Source: an uncultured Bifidobacterium sp.
GTDB lineage: Bacteria; Planctomycetota; Phycisphaerae; Phycisphaerales; SM1A02
Length of the DNA: 61,879 bases
Reading direction: 5' to 3'
NCBI GenBank assembly: GCA_964552505.1
Contig: CAZKHO010000001.1
Span: 1 to 61,879, forward strand
The notes beneath the pieces were generated by a model. That model made no database searches, had not been told where the DNA came from, and worked only from the letters and a program-made list of their open reading frames with translations. Positions 8,702 to 17,955 of this stretch are shown piece by piece; the stretch's first letter is position 1; each line of letters opens with the position of its first letter. A program made the position numbers and the translations under genes.

Positions 8702-10939
8702 ATGACCGGCATGCAAGACCTGCTGATCGGGGCGCTCCTGTGTCTTGGCATGGCGGCGCTCCCGGCGCCGGCGGATGACAACACTTCTCCGGCCGTCACG
8801 CTCGCCCAGCGCGTGGTGGTGGTGATGCCGCCCGAAGCCGTGCCACTCTCCCCGCCTGCCGGAAGTGACGCGCCTGCGGTGGCGGTTCCGCCGAACGTGG
8901 TCCGCAAGATCGAGGCCCTGCTCCGCAGCGAGATCAACCATCCGAATGTGCGGCTGGTGGACCGCGGAGACTTGAGCGTCTACGACTGGGAGCGGAAGAT
9001 CCAGGAGGCCTGGAACAGGCAGACCAGCACGCCCGGCGCGCCCATGAAGCTGCTGGAGCCCAACTGCATGCTGCGGAGCCGGATCTACCGGGAACCCAAC
9101 GGGCAGTCCTTCATGGAACTCACGCTGACCGCCAGCAGCGGTGCGGAGGCCTCCGTGATCCTCGCGTGCGACGTGACCAGACGGACCATGTCGGACACGG
9201 ACGAAGATCTGCGCCAAGGGGTGCAGGAGCTTCTGACTCGGATGCAGCTGCGGGTGGAGGCCCCGCAGGCCCCCGCCATCCGCGCGCCGACGCCCGTGGA
9301 TGTGATGAACACCCAGCCGTTCGTTCCACGCCCCGGCACGCCACAGGCACTCCGGATGCAGCTTCAGGATGGCCGCCATGTGCTGCGCCCCGGCGAGAAC
9401 TTCGCGCTGGAACTGGATTGCGGCATGAGCGGCTTCCTGACCGTCCTGCAGATGGACGCCAACGGCCAGGTTCGGACGCTTGAACCCGCCGGCCCCAAGG
9501 CCGAGCCCGTTCGCGTTCGCACGGGCCAGAAGATCTCCGTGCCGCAGGACGTGCGGGCGCGCTTTCGCGCCCGGGATCCGGGGTTGCTGCGCTTGAAGGC
9601 GCTGATCACGCGTGAGCCACTGGACCTGGGGAGTCCTCAGGCCATCGCGCAGGCCATGAAGCAGCTGACGCAATCCTCGGAGTCATGGGCCACGGCGGAA
9701 CTGTCCTGCGTGGTCTCGGCATCCGACCAGGCGTCCGCCCCGGTGATCCAGCCCACAGCCGACTCACGCGCGCCCTCGGCGCCACCGGCACCGGTGGAAG
9801 GGGCTTCCCCCGCCACGCCCGCTCCCACCTCCGAGCCGTCGCTGGATCCTTCCCACGCACGCCCGTCGGAGCCACCGCAGGATTCCGGATCCGGCGTCAA
9901 GGACGTGCAGTCCCGGCTGCAGGACGCGCTGAACGACGTGCGCCGCTCCGTGGAACCGCGGTTGCCGCTGGCGTGCAGGACGCTGGGATGGGTGCGCAAC
10001 CGCCCGCAGGACTGGCCTGCCTCCTGGAATCCGCCCTCCATCGGTTGGGCGCCACTTCCCAAGGGCGTGAAAGTGCCGGACATCGCCGTGATCGACGCCG
10101 ACTTCGATCCGGACGACGCGCTGCTCACGCGTGCCTTCTCCTCCATGAAACCGGCGGTGCGCGAACAGCTGCGTGCCGAGATCCGGAAGGTGGAGGATCC
10201 CGACTATCGGCATGGGAACCGCGTGTGCTCGCTGATCGCGGGTGAGGCGCCGTGGCTTCCAGCGTTGCTGCCCGGGACCACCGTCAGGACCTACCGCGCG
10301 GCCGCCAACACGGGAGCCCGGAGTCCCGACGCGGCATGGCGCATTCAGGCTGGAAGCGAGGAGGAGGTTCTGGCCGGCCTGCGTCAGGCCATGGCCGACG
10401 GGTGCCGGGTGGTCAATCTGAGCCTTTCGTTCCCCAAGCCCAGCGCCACGTTCACCGATGATCCCGTGTGGAACCGGCTTGACAACGCCGGCGTGCTGCT
10501 GGTGTGCGCGGCGGGCAACAACCGCGAGAACCTGGACACCGCGGACGGTGCGGCCCCCCAGTCGCTGGCATCGAGGCACTCCAACATCCTGGTGGTGGGT
10601 GCGTCCGATCTTGACGGATCCATCTGGAAGAACCCTCGCACGGGCCTCGGCAGCGCCATGGGGGCCCGCGGCGTGCACCTGCTTGCGCCGGGATGCGGGC
10701 TGCCCGTCTCCGATGGCGCGGGCATGCCGGCGCTGGCCGAAGAAGGCACCTCGTACGCCGCACCACTGGCGGCAGCCACCGCGGCGGCATGGATGGCGCT
10801 GCACCCCTCCTGGACCCCCCAGCAGGTGATCGAACGCATGGTGGCAACCAGTCAGCCCGTGGCAGACACGGGCGTCCGCTGCCGCGGCGGACTGCTGCGC
10901 TGGCCAACCCAGGCTGAACTGGCCGCTGCCGGGCACTGA
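8702..10939 (+). CDS. Secreted S8 (subtilisin-like) serine peptidase with CsgG/LpoB-like and DUF4384-like N-terminal domains
   Basis: Signal peptide LLIGALLCLGMAALPAPA. Catalytic triad motifs VIDADFD, HGNRVCSLIAG and GTSYAAPLAAATAAW, plus oxyanion AAGNN. DUF4384-like segment LRPGENFALELDCGMSGFLTVLQMDANGQVRTLEP. Confidence 0.8.
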   Translation: MTGMQDLLIGALLCLGMAALPAPADDNTSPAVTLAQRVVVVMPPEAVPLSPPAGSDAPAVAVPPNVVRKIEALLRSEINHPNVRLVDRGDLSVYDWERKIQEAWNRQTSTPGAPMKLLEPNCMLRSRIYREPNGQSFMELTLTASSGAEASVILACDVTRRTMSDTDEDLRQGVQELLTRMQLRVEAPQAPAIRAPTPVDVMNTQPFVPRPGTPQALRMQLQDGRHVLRPGENFALELDCGMSGFLTVLQMDANGQVRTLEPAGPKAEPVRVRTGQKISVPQDVRARFRARDPGLLRLKALITREPLDLGSPQAIAQAMKQLTQSSESWATAELSCVVSASDQASAPVIQPTADSRAPSAPPAPVEGASPATPAPTSEPSLDPSHARPSEPPQDSGSGVKDVQSRLQDALNDVRRSVEPRLPLACRTLGWVRNRPQDWPASWNPPSIGWAPLPKGVKVPDIAVIDADFDPDDALLTRAFSSMKPAVREQLRAEIRKVEDPDYRHGNRVCSLIAGEAPWLPALLPGTTVRTYRAAANTGARSPDAAWRIQAGSEEEVLAGLRQAMADGCRVVNLSLSFPKPSATFTDDPVWNRLDNAGVLLVCAAGNNRENLDTADGAAPQSLASRHSNILVVGASDLDGSIWKNPRTGLGSAMGARGVHLLAPGCGLPVSDGAGMPALAEEGTSYAAPLAAATAAAWMALHPSWTPQQVIERMVATSQPVADTGVRCRGGLLRWPTQAELAAAGH

Positions 10940-11061
10940 GACGCGTCCGCAGGCGCCGGAGCGACCCGCAAAATCCTCATTTCGCTGCAAGTCACCGGAC
11001 GGCCTCCGTCAAGGAGTCAGGCGAACCTCGTGGTCCGCCCTTCCCCGTCAGGAGGCTGCAC

Positions 11062-11529
11062 ATGCGAACCAAACTCACCTGGGCCGTGATCCTGACGGTG
11101 ATGTTCGTCTGCATCGCCACCGGATGCCACACCGCGGGCCGGTGGGATCAGTGCCAGTCGCCCGAGCCTGGGCGCCCGTCGGCCGTCTCTCCGCCGGTGC
11201 GGGCCGGCGTGGATCGCGCCCCCCTGGGACCGTCGCCCGTCACGGAGGTGGCGCGCGGGTCCGCCCAGGACACCGACGCCCCGCCCCGTCGCCAGCGCGC
11301 TGGATGGATTCGCGGCATGAGCGCCCTGCAGGGATCCATGGACCAGTTCCACGACTCGATGGACGTGGCCATGCAGCAGGCGGTGTCGCGACTGGAGTCC
11401 CGCGTGCAGATCCTCACCGGCTCGCCCTCGCCCATGGCCGCGCGCACGGGCCAGCCCGATGCTGCGGACGAGCCCCTGGATCCGGAACTGCAGGCTCGCA
11501 TCGAACGGCTGGCGCAGGCGCGGCGATGA
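11062..11529 (+). CDS. Small lipoprotein, function unknown
   Basis: AGGAGG 6 nt upstream of the ATG. Lipobox CIATGC. The stop overlaps the next start (ATGA at 11526-11529). Confidence 0.6.
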   Translation: MRTKLTWAVILTVMFVCIATGCHTAGRWDQCQSPEPGRPSAVSPPVRAGVDRAPLGPSPVTEVARGSAQDTDAPPRRQRAGWIRGMSALQGSMDQFHDSMDVAMQQAVSRLESRVQILTGSPSPMAARTGQPDAADEPLDPELQARIERLAQARR

Positions 11530-11837
11530 ATCCCATGGAACACCGCGCTCCGCATCTTCGACTTCGGCCGCGTCGCGCCACCGCACGCGGCTCCATCGAC
11601 CTTCTGCTGGTGATGGCATGCGCCGGCGTGGGCCTGGGCATGCAGGCCCCGTGGGCGCCACCGTCGCCCAAGCCGGTATCGGATCCCGGCGTGGACGCGG
11701 ACGCCGCCCCTTCCAGCAACCTCGGACCATCGCTCGCCTTCCGGGACGAGCGGATCGGCGCCGGCGTCCACGCGACCGCCGGCGCCGACAGGATCACCCC
11801 CGTGAACGACACCACCCCAAGGAGTGCAACGCCATGA
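11526..11837 (+). CDS. Small hypothetical protein with one hydrophobic segment
   Basis: ATGA overlaps at both ends (11526 and 11834). Hydrophobic IDLLLVMACAGVGLGM. No recognisable family. Confidence 0.4.
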   Translation: MNPMEHRAPHLRLRPRRATARGSIDLLLVMACAGVGLGMQAPWAPPSPKPVSDPGVDADAAPSSNLGPSLAFRDERIGAGVHATAGADRITPVNDTTPRSATP

Positions 11838-12280
11838 GAACCATCTTCGCCGTGTTCGTCGGATCCATCCTCGCCGTCTACGCCATGCGCGCCCTGGACC
11901 GGTACTTCGACGGCCATGGTTCCGCCGCGCAGGCCGCCGCGCGACTGCTGCAGCGCGCGGAGCTGGACCTGCAGTGCGTGGCGGAGAAGTTCGAGCAGGA
12001 GATGATCGCGCTTCGCGCCGCACCGTCTCCCGTGGCGGCGCCGCAGAACCCGGAAGCCCCGGTGTCCTCCCTGGCGCAGGAGCGCCACCAGCGCATCGCC
12101 CCCCCTGCAGAATGCGCCGCGGAGGTGGCCAGTGCCGCCCAGTTCGACGCACCCGTGCAGGTGCAGCCGGCCGTGTCCACCGCCATCGCCCCCTCCAGGA
12201 GCAGCCCGATGGCGGATCCCGCCGCCGTCCGCGCCGCCCAGGCCGCGCAACGGCTGAACCGAAGGATGGGCGGGCGCTGA
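11834..12280 (+). CDS. Small membrane-anchored hypothetical protein
   Basis: N-terminal TM IFAVFVGSILAVYAM followed by a predicted coiled region. ATGA-coupled to the preceding ORF. Confidence 0.5.
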   Translation: MRTIFAVFVGSILAVYAMRALDRYFDGHGSAAQAAARLLQRAELDLQCVAEKFEQEMIALRAAPSPVAAPQNPEAPVSSLAQERHQRIAPPAECAAEVASAAQFDAPVQVQPAVSTAIAPSRSSPMADPAAVRAAQAAQRLNRRMGGR

Positions 12281-12320
12281 GAGCGATCGCCGAACCGCAG
12301 GCCCCACGGAGATCCATGCC

Positions 12321-13166
12321 ATGTCAACTATGATGCTGGCCATGCCGGGAACCGAAATCGAACGCTGGTGTGAAGCTGCGCGTGCTCGCTGGCCCCAGTT
12401 GACATGGCCGATCGAGCGGTTCGCGGCGTACGTCGGCCGGGATCGACCCAGCCACCCTCAGGACCTGTATCTGGCGGGCGCTGCCGCCGAACGACTGCAT
12501 CGGGCATGGGAGATCGTGCATCTGGAGACGTTCGAGCGGGTGGTCCGGCGCCTCGGCCATTGTCGTTTCGGCGCCGAGTCGGACGGCTTCCGGGCGGAGG
12601 ACCTGTACGGCGAGGTGCTGACCGCCCAGATGGCGGAAGACCCCTCCGCAACACCGCTGCCCGACGGGGTACGGCCCGCGCGCATCCGAAAGTTTCGAGG
12701 CAACAGCAGTCTTTCCACCTACTTCGCCACGTGCGCCACGAACCTGGCGCGGGACCTCATGCGAAGACGTAAGGTCATCGACGTCCGATCGGAAAGTGCC
12801 TGGAAGGAGGGCGATCCGTTCGAGCGTGATGATGGCGGTCGAAGCGCCCCGGCCCCCAGTGGAGAGGAGCAGGACGCGATGTCTCGCGTGCTCGTCCAAG
12901 CTTGGGAGGCGCTGCCGCCGCGACATCGGGCGCTGTTCCGCTTGTGTGCGCTGGGCATGGAGATCGGCCGAGCGGGTCGCGTCTGCGGCCTGACTCCATC
13001 CACCGCGACGCGCACGCGACAGGACGCCATCGACCGCATCCTTCTTCACTTGCAGTCGGCTGGCGTCGACGCCTCGCAACTCACCCCCGAAATCACCCGA
13101 GTCCTGATTCAAGCCCTGCAGGCCCAGTCCGACGATCCAACTTCCACCCCAGGAGGCCACCGATGA
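12321..13166 (+). CDS. ECF-type sigma-70 family RNA polymerase sigma factor
   Basis: Region 2-like DLYGEVLTAQM...STYFATCATNLARDLMRRR. Region 4-like LPPRHRALFRLCALGMEIGRAGRVCGLTPSTATRTRQDAIDRI. Several alternative ATG starts lie within the first 8 codons. Confidence 0.7.
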   Translation: MSTMMLAMPGTEIERWCEAARARWPQLTWPIERFAAYVGRDRPSHPQDLYLAGAAAERLHRAWEIVHLETFERVVRRLGHCRFGAESDGFRAEDLYGEVLTAQMAEDPSATPLPDGVRPARIRKFRGNSSLSTYFATCATNLARDLMRRRKVIDVRSESAWKEGDPFERDDGGRSAPAPSGEEQDAMSRVLVQAWEALPPRHRALFRLCALGMEIGRAGRVCGLTPSTATRTRQDAIDRILLHLQSAGVDASQLTPEITRVLIQALQAQSDDPTSTPGGHR

Positions 13167-13699
13167 GCCCCGCCCCCCTCGACGTCCGCGCCGTCCAGCG
13201 CACGCTGCAGTCCTCACAGGCTCGCGTGGTCCATCTCGACGAGGAGACCATCGCCACACTGCTCGACCACGGGCTGGCAGGACTGCCGCCCGAAATGCAA
13301 GGCCGGGCGCTGGAAGCGATCGCTTCCAATCCGCAGCTTGCGCAGGTGCTGGCGTCCCTCGATGACCCTGCAAGTGATGCCGCAGACAGCCACAACGCGT
13401 CCATGTGGGAAGCTTTTCGATCCGTGACCGGGATCTGGCGACTGACAAATGCTGCCTGTACGGCCCTTGCGGTGGGCGGGTCGTGGTGGGCCTGGAATGC
13501 CTCGCAGTCCGGGCGGCCGCAGCCCGCCCTGCTGGACGGCTCCAGTCCCTCCCTGCCGGATGCGGCGCCTGGCCTCAATGGCCTGGCCTTGGCCCTGCTG
13601 GTGCTGACGTGGCTGCTGGTGGGCGTCACCTTTGTTCCGGCGTTCATCACGCCGCTCCGCGACCGCCACTCCATGCACCGCGGCCACGTGGGCGAGTGA
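13163..13699 (+). CDS. Putative anti-sigma factor (single-pass/two-TM membrane protein)
   Basis: ATGA overlap with the sigma gene stop. Cytoplasmic N-terminus followed by TM segments (WRLTNAACTALAVGGSWWAW and LALALLVLTWLLVGVTFVPAFI). The call rests on position and architecture only. Confidence 0.5.
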   Translation: MSPAPLDVRAVQRTLQSSQARVVHLDEETIATLLDHGLAGLPPEMQGRALEAIASNPQLAQVLASLDDPASDAADSHNASMWEAFRSVTGIWRLTNAACTALAVGGSWWAWNASQSGRPQPALLDGSSPSLPDAAPGLNGLALALLVLTWLLVGVTFVPAFITPLRDRHSMHRGHVGE

Positions 13700-14715
13700 C
13701 GCGCGTGCGGCAGTTGGTCGTGGCGCTGCTGCTGTGCGGAACGCTGGGTGCGTGGGCACCCGGTGGCGATGTGCCGTCCGTGCGGCTGATGCCCGACAAG
13801 CGTCCGCTCCAGCTGCTCCAGCTGGATCCGCAGAGCGTCGAGAACGCGGCCGCCGTGCTGACACGCCTGCACCAGCGCTACAACGCGCCCACCGTGATGG
13901 TGCGCCCCGAGCGTCCCAAGTGGCCCGACGAGGCCGAAGTGGCTCGGATGCTGGTGGCGGAGCTGCGCCAGTACGGATTCGAGGCGATGGCGGAGGCATC
14001 GGCCATGGATCAGGCGCGCCAAGCCGCGGACGAGGCCAGGAAGGCGCAGGTGCCCGATGATGCAGCCAAGGCAGCCCTGAACCTCCGGCCGGACTTCGAG
14101 ATCACGGTCCACTCGGAGCAGTCCGTGAGCCAGCAGCAGATCTACGCCAACAAGGAAGAGATCGTCCGAAAGAGCCTGCGCTGCAGCATCCAGTGGCGCG
14201 GCCGCGAGCTGAAACCCTGCGAGCGAAGTCTTGAGAGCCGCAGGCTGATGCTCAACGACGCCGACCGGAGCCCGGACCAGGGCTTCGCACCTCTGGCGAG
14301 CGAGATCGGCCCGGAGGTGGCGGCCGCCCTCGCCTTGGAGTGGATCCGCGCGGACGCACCCACGCAGCCACGGCTCGTCGAGGTTCGCGGAGGCCTGCCA
14401 TCGGATCAGGTGAAGCTGATGGGCGGCAAGGTCATCACGGACAGTCCCGGCGTGTCCACCACCATCCTGCTCGATGGCGAATTGCCGGCGTCGCTTCGAG
14501 CGGAGGGCCCGCCGCTGCTGGAACGCCCCGGCTACGTGCTGATCGGCCGAAGCGCCGGTTCCGGGTGGCTCCCGGTGGCCGCGCCGGTCGCCGCGCTGGT
14601 CATTGCGGCGATCTGCCTGCCCTGGATCCTGTTCACCGCCATCAAGAGGGCCAGGTCCCGGGGGCATCGGTTCGAGTCATCCTCTCCGCCGCGGCCACCA
14701 GCAGGATCTCGTTGA
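13696..14715 (+). CDS. Exported protein with a C-terminal TM anchor, third gene of the ECF module
   Basis: GTG start overlapping the previous stop (GTGA). Signal/lipobox-like VVALLLCGTLG. C-terminal TM PVAAPVAALVIAAICLPWILFTAI followed by KRARSRG. Confidence 0.5.
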   Translation: MTRVRQLVVALLLCGTLGAWAPGGDVPSVRLMPDKRPLQLLQLDPQSVENAAAVLTRLHQRYNAPTVMVRPERPKWPDEAEVARMLVAELRQYGFEAMAEASAMDQARQAADEARKAQVPDDAAKAALNLRPDFEITVHSEQSVSQQQIYANKEEIVRKSLRCSIQWRGRELKPCERSLESRRLMLNDADRSPDQGFAPLASEIGPEVAAALALEWIRADAPTQPRLVEVRGGLPSDQVKLMGGKVITDSPGVSTTILLDGELPASLRAEGPPLLERPGYVLIGRSAGSGWLPVAAPVAALVIAAICLPWILFTAIKRARSRGHRFESSSPPRPPAGSR

Positions 14716-14736
14716 GCGCACCGCTCAGACGTCCCC

Positions 14737-15375
14737 TTACGGCCCTTCGGCAACTCCCCACACCCGTCCGATCTCCTCTCCGCCCGGCCAGGCCAACCCC
14801 AGCCTGGACCGCTGCATCGCCGCTTCGATCACCTGGTCGCTCACCACCGACCGCGGCAAAGGCAGCCATGCCGGATCAGGCCGGGAGCCCACCCTCGAGA
14901 GGTCCAGTCGATCCGCCACAAAGCAGGTGGCCACCGATGCGTCGCCGTGGTGCCGAGTGCCGGTGTGCAGCCGACACGCTTCGTGAAGGCTTTCGAACTC
15001 CCGCTCCGACAGGCCACAGATGACGGCACGGGTGGCCGCGCACGCGTCCTCCACCGTCGGATCGCCCTTGCGCACCTGCGCAAGCCAGGCGGCCGCGCGA
15101 GGACCGTGCTCTGGATCGTGGCCGTCATCCTGACGGTGCGCGTCATGGAAGATGGCGAACAGGCGGGTCACCCGCATGCTGGCGCCCATGGCCGGAGCCA
15201 GCAACTGGGCGTTGTGTCGCACCCGCCACCAATGCGACAGGCCGTGAAGGCCTGACGCTGACATTCCGTGGCGCTTGAGGCAGGCTCGGGCCGCCACCAC
15301 CAGTGCGGTTTCGGGAAGTTGATCCTGATTCTCCAGCATCTGCGCCGCCTCAGCTCCCCGTCCTTGGCCAGCCAC
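14737..15375 (-). CDS. HD-domain (metal-dependent phosphohydrolase superfamily) protein
   Basis: H...HD...D pattern: LHGLSHWWRV, LFAIFHDAHRQDDGHDPEHG. Lies 12 nt downstream of the PD-(D/E)xK gene on the same strand. An alternative start is at 15339. Confidence 0.6.
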   Translation of the reverse strand: MAGQGRGAEAAQMLENQDQLPETALVVAARACLKRHGMSASGLHGLSHWWRVRHNAQLLAPAMGASMRVTRLFAIFHDAHRQDDGHDPEHGPRAAAWLAQVRKGDPTVEDACAATRAVICGLSEREFESLHEACRLHTGTRHHGDASVATCFVADRLDLSRVGSRPDPAWLPLPRSVVSDQVIEAAMQRSRLGLAWPGGEEIGRVWGVAEGP

Positions 15376-15387
15376 GAAGGGGCGATC

Positions 15388-15906
15388 TCAACCCACCACC
15401 TCCGCCGCCCGCTTCAGCGCCTCCCCGCCCGCCGCGCGGTCTCTGGCACCAGTCCACGAAGCCCCCGCCGCCACCACCACCTGCGAAAGCCGCGCGGCCA
15501 GCACGGGCCCCAGCACCGCATCCGTGGGCGTCTCCGCCGGCATGTCCCGCCGGAACGCAAGGCGCGGCGGCGGCTGCACCGGCATGTCGATCACCCACAG
15601 CAGCCACGGCTTCACGTCCGTTCGCAGCCCCACCAGCTTGAAGAGCGGGTACTGGTCGCGGACCTGCCGATAGTTGCCCTGCAGATCCACCGTGCCGTCC
15701 GAAGAGGTCTTCACCTCGAAACCGGTGCCGGTGGCGATGATGTCGGGCTGTCCCGCGCCTCGGTTGATGTAGCAGCCGCGGTACGGGTCCATGGTGCCCA
15801 GAGCCGTGGCCACGGCATCCTGGAACCAGCTGCCGAAGACCTGCGCCTGATGGCGGCGAAGCAGTTCCTCAAGCAGGACCACGGCGGCGTTGGAGAGCTT
15901 GAACAT
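15388..15906 (-). CDS. PD-(D/E)xK restriction-endonuclease-fold protein
   Basis: The motif GAGQPDIIATGTGFEVKTS fits PD...ExK. Lies 18 nt downstream of the ATPase gene. Confidence 0.6.
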   Translation of the reverse strand: MFKLSNAAVVLLEELLRRHQAQVFGSWFQDAVATALGTMDPYRGCYINRGAGQPDIIATGTGFEVKTSSDGTVDLQGNYRQVRDQYPLFKLVGLRTDVKPWLLWVIDMPVQPPPRLAFRRDMPAETPTDAVLGPVLAARLSQVVVAAGASWTGARDRAAGGEALKRAAEVVG

Positions 15907-15924
15907 GGGTTGCCCTGGTGTTGA

Positions 15925-17955
15925 TCAGAAGGTGCGGACCACCGGCACACAGTCGCGCCCTGGCTGCAGCGGCGGCAGCTCCACGTGCTTGACGGCGCGG
16001 CCCGCGCGGCCGGCGGCGGTGATGAGCTGCGCGGCGAACTCGCGATCGAAGGTGGCCACGATGATCTGGCTGGAGACCTGGTCCTTGCGCAGCCCCCCCA
16101 GATACTCGGCCACCTGCGAGCGACTCGCCTCGTCGAGGCCGTTCGTGGGCTCGTCGAAGACGATCCATCCGGGCTTGTGTTCCGGCGTGCCGGCCACCTT
16201 GCCCACCACCGCCATGGCGGCCGCGATGTTCACCAGCACGCGCTGCCCCTCCGAGAGGCTCTTGCCACGATCCTGACCCTGCACCTCCACCGCGTGGCCG
16301 CAAAACTTCAGGCCTTGCAGGGACGGATGGAGCGAATGCAGCCGTTCAACCAGCGTCTGGAATCGACCCTGCACGCCGGCGTCCTGCACCACCGTGCCGG
16401 AGGCCGACCCGGCCTGCGCCTGCCGCTCCTGCACCATCTGGGCAAGCACCCGCAGCCAGCGTTCCCGCTGCTCGGAACGGCGCCGGTCCGCGTCCACCTG
16501 ATCCAGACTGGCTTCCCAAGCGACGCGATCCAGCGCACCAGCCGCGGCCAGCGCCGCGCCCAGCGACTGCAGACGGCGGAAGTCCTCCTGCGCCTCGCCC
16601 AGTCCGTCGTTGAGTCGGCGTGCTTCGGACTCCAGGTCCTGCCCGGCCTTCGCGGCATCCGCGGCCAGCTGACGCGCGGCGTCCAGCGCCGCCGACCCGG
16701 GGGTGGTGGCCCATTCGCGGGTCCAGCGATCGCATCCCTCCCGCAGATGATCCGCCGCCTGCCGCACGGATTCCGCGCTGTCCGAGCTCGGATGCAACGA
16801 CGGCACCACCTTGGCCAGCGCCACGCGGACGGCCTCGTGCTCACGCCGCGCCGACTCCGAGGCCGCCTGCAGTTCGCGGGCCAGCGAATCCAGCTCGTCA
16901 CACGCGGCATCCGCCGCGTCGCGCTGCGCCATCCACTGCTTCGCCTGCGCGTCCTCGGTGCGCGCCACCTGGTCGGCCAGCGACTGCGCGAGCGCCGCGT
17001 GGTTGATCGGGCCGCCGCACACAGGACACTCGGGCGCGGGGGTCCCGGACGCCACCTGCTGCACCAGGTACCTGTGCGCGTCGGTGCGCGTGGTCTGCAG
17101 AAGGTTCAGGGCTGCAAGCAGCTGTCGACACCTGGAGGAGGCATCGCGCAGCTGCTTCACCGCGGCCGCGGCCGCGTCCGAGGCGGCCACCTGCGGGCCA
17201 GCGGCGGTGACGCCGGGCATCCGCCAGACCCGCTCGAGCGCCGCCCGGAGCTTGGCGTCCAATCCCGCTGCGCGCCACGCCGCGCTGACGGCCGCCGACG
17301 AAGGCACGGGCAGCCCAGCCAGTGCCGTCAGGTGCGGCCGAAGCGTCTCCAGACCAGCCAGTGTCCGGGATTCCGGCTGAAGCGAGAGCTCCGCCTGCCG
17401 ACGCGCACCCGCGTCCCCATCCAGGTCGGGCCGGTTCCAGACAAGACCCTTCCTGGACGCCAGCGCACGCCCCAAGCGGTCGTACTCGCCTGCGGTGCGC
17501 GGCCGATCGCCGCAGCGACGGTCCGCCTCCAGGAAGTCCTGCCGAAGCTGCCCCAGCCCGGCCGGCTCCGCGGGCCCCTGGCCGTTGCCGCCACGCTCCA
17601 GCTGACGGGCCAGCTGCTCCAGCAGTTGCGCTTCCTCGGAAGGCCGCGTGGCGTTGGCCGCCATGGCCAGGGCCTGGCTCAGGTCGCGGAACTCCTTGAG
17701 CAGCTCGATGGAGGTGATGAACGCCACGGTCTGCCGCACGCCGCGCGTGCTGAACTCCTGCGCGGCGCCCGTGTCCTGGTCGATGCATCGAACCTGCGCG
17801 TCCGCCTTCGTCTCCTGGAGAGGCTTCAGCAGCGTGGACTTGCCGGCACCATTGGGACCCGAGACCACGATCAGGTCGAAGCGGGAGAGATCCTCCACCG
17901 CGACCGCTCCCAGCGGACCACGCGCGTGCTGGATGGCCTCAACGCGCAGGGCCAT
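15925..17955 (-). CDS. Rad50/SbcC-like ABC ATPase with a coiled-coil insert and a central CxxC zinc hook
   Basis: Walker A SGPNGAGKST. Signature LSEGQRV. Walker B WIVFDEPTNGLD. Long Ala/Arg/Gln/Leu-rich helical insert. ECPVCGGPI sits at the midpoint (about nt 17008-17031), resembling the Rad50 hook CPVCG. Confidence 0.85.
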   Translation of the reverse strand: MALRVEAIQHARGPLGAVAVEDLSRFDLIVVSGPNGAGKSTLLKPLQETKADAQVRCIDQDTGAAQEFSTRGVRQTVAFITSIELLKEFRDLSQALAMAANATRPSEEAQLLEQLARQLERGGNGQGPAEPAGLGQLRQDFLEADRRCGDRPRTAGEYDRLGRALASRKGLVWNRPDLDGDAGARRQAELSLQPESRTLAGLETLRPHLTALAGLPVPSSAAVSAAWRAAGLDAKLRAALERVWRMPGVTAAGPQVAASDAAAAAVKQLRDASSRCRQLLAALNLLQTTRTDAHRYLVQQVASGTPAPECPVCGGPINHAALAQSLADQVARTEDAQAKQWMAQRDAADAACDELDSLARELQAASESARREHEAVRVALAKVVPSLHPSSDSAESVRQAADHLREGCDRWTREWATTPGSAALDAARQLAADAAKAGQDLESEARRLNDGLGEAQEDFRRLQSLGAALAAAGALDRVAWEASLDQVDADRRRSEQRERWLRVLAQMVQERQAQAGSASGTVVQDAGVQGRFQTLVERLHSLHPSLQGLKFCGHAVEVQGQDRGKSLSEGQRVLVNIAAAMAVVGKVAGTPEHKPGWIVFDEPTNGLDEASRSQVAEYLGGLRKDQVSSQIIVATFDREFAAQLITAAGRAGRAVKHVELPPLQPGRDCVPVVRTF

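Noticed and set aside
5518-9673. Long minus-strand ORFs 5518..7416, 6000..7223 and 7073..9673 (up to 866 aa)
   Set aside because: They are antisense to three well-supported secreted-protein genes and have low-complexity Arg/Gly/His/Gln-rich translations without signal peptides or catalytic motifs. Judged to be shadow ORFs.
15925-17955. Annotating the ATPase as canonical sbcC
   Set aside because: No SbcD/Mre11-type phosphoesterase gene is adjacent. At 676 aa it is much shorter than typical SbcC, and its partners are PD-(D/E)xK and HD proteins. It is kept as Rad50/SbcC-like only.
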